A stretch of 50,610 nt of DNA from IMG/VR virus record IMGVR_UViG_3300037258_000793, positions 1-50,610 of that record. One strand, written 5' to 3'. The DNA is from a virus (taxonomy: Duplodnaviria; Caudoviricetes). Of this stretch, positions 50,378 through 50,610 are shown piece after piece. The translations under genes were made by a program, and so were the position numbers. Each line of letters opens with the position of its first letter. The stretch's first letter is position 1. The notes beneath the pieces were generated by a model. The model saw nothing but the letters and a program-made list of their open reading frames with translations. It was not told the origin of the DNA and ran no database searches.

Positions 50378-50610
50378 CGCTCCCACCTCGCTGTGGCGCA
50401 GATCGGGCAGCGGTGCGCCCCGTCACCCTCGTGGCAGCGGTCGATGCAGTAGCGGCACCATGGGGTGGCGCGGTGGCGGGCGCGCCCGTCGAACCGCGAG
50501 TCGTCCGGGTCGAACGGCATCGCGCAGCCGGCGCACGTCTCGTCGTCGGCCTCGAGTTCGGGCTCTTCGACGTCGGCGGCCGGGTCGTCCATCCACGGCC
50601 GGGCCGTCGA
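50374..50610 (-). CDS. Cys-rich zinc-finger-like segment, probably the C-terminus of the Bet ORF continued across the window ends
   Basis: Frame open from 50610 (STARPWMDDPAA...CAGC...CRYCIDRCH...HRCPIC). Confidence 0.6.
   Translation of the reverse strand, partial: STARPWMDDPAADVEEPELEADDETCAGCAMPFDPDDSRFDGRARHRATPWCRYCIDRCHEGDGAHRCPICATARWER

Larger units (their letters stand above)
1..50610. mobile_element. Temperate actinobacteriophage (siphovirus) genome, near complete, probably circular/excised form
   Basis: Ordered terminase-portal-capsid-tail-lysis genes, integrase with internal attP, repressor/Cro switch and replication genes; no host housekeeping genes seen; the Bet ORF appears to span the two window ends. 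Confidence 0.93.

Overview
The window is a near-complete, very GC-rich temperate siphovirus genome from an actinomycete host, apparently in excised/circular form. The attP site (3' half of tRNA-Ala-TGC, 6251-6292) lies internally beside a tyrosine integrase, and a Bet/RecT ORF runs off the left end and appears to resume at the right end. Modules: early/recombination genes and Cro/repressor switch (1-4.9 kb); int-attP (4.9-6.45 kb); GntR plus anti-sigma-like cassette (7.1-8.8 kb); lysis, tail, head and packaging genes on the minus strand (8.8-30.9 kb); a plus-strand glycosyltransferase-methyltransferase-glycosyltransferase-tRNA(Met) cassette (31-33.3 kb); a TraB(FtsK)/Spd-like DNA transfer cassette with its own HTH regulator, operator and clt-like repeats (34.5-39.15 kb); accessory and anti-defence genes (Tad2/DUF2829-like, orphan Phd, Lsr2-like); and a lambda-O-like replicon with iterons. 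The most striking observations are: (1) a mycelial conjugation/spread-like module inside an intact-looking integrative phage; (2) five actinobacterial LexA/SOS-box matches at the promoters of the endolysin, major capsid, terminase/glycosylation cassette, tRNA and an accessory operon; (3) an initiator-type tRNA-Met with C33 and arms resembling the vertebrate initiator tRNA; (4) a 23 x 30-bp coding array varying only at four binary, non-synonymous sites. All family assignments come from motif recognition by eye, not database searches.
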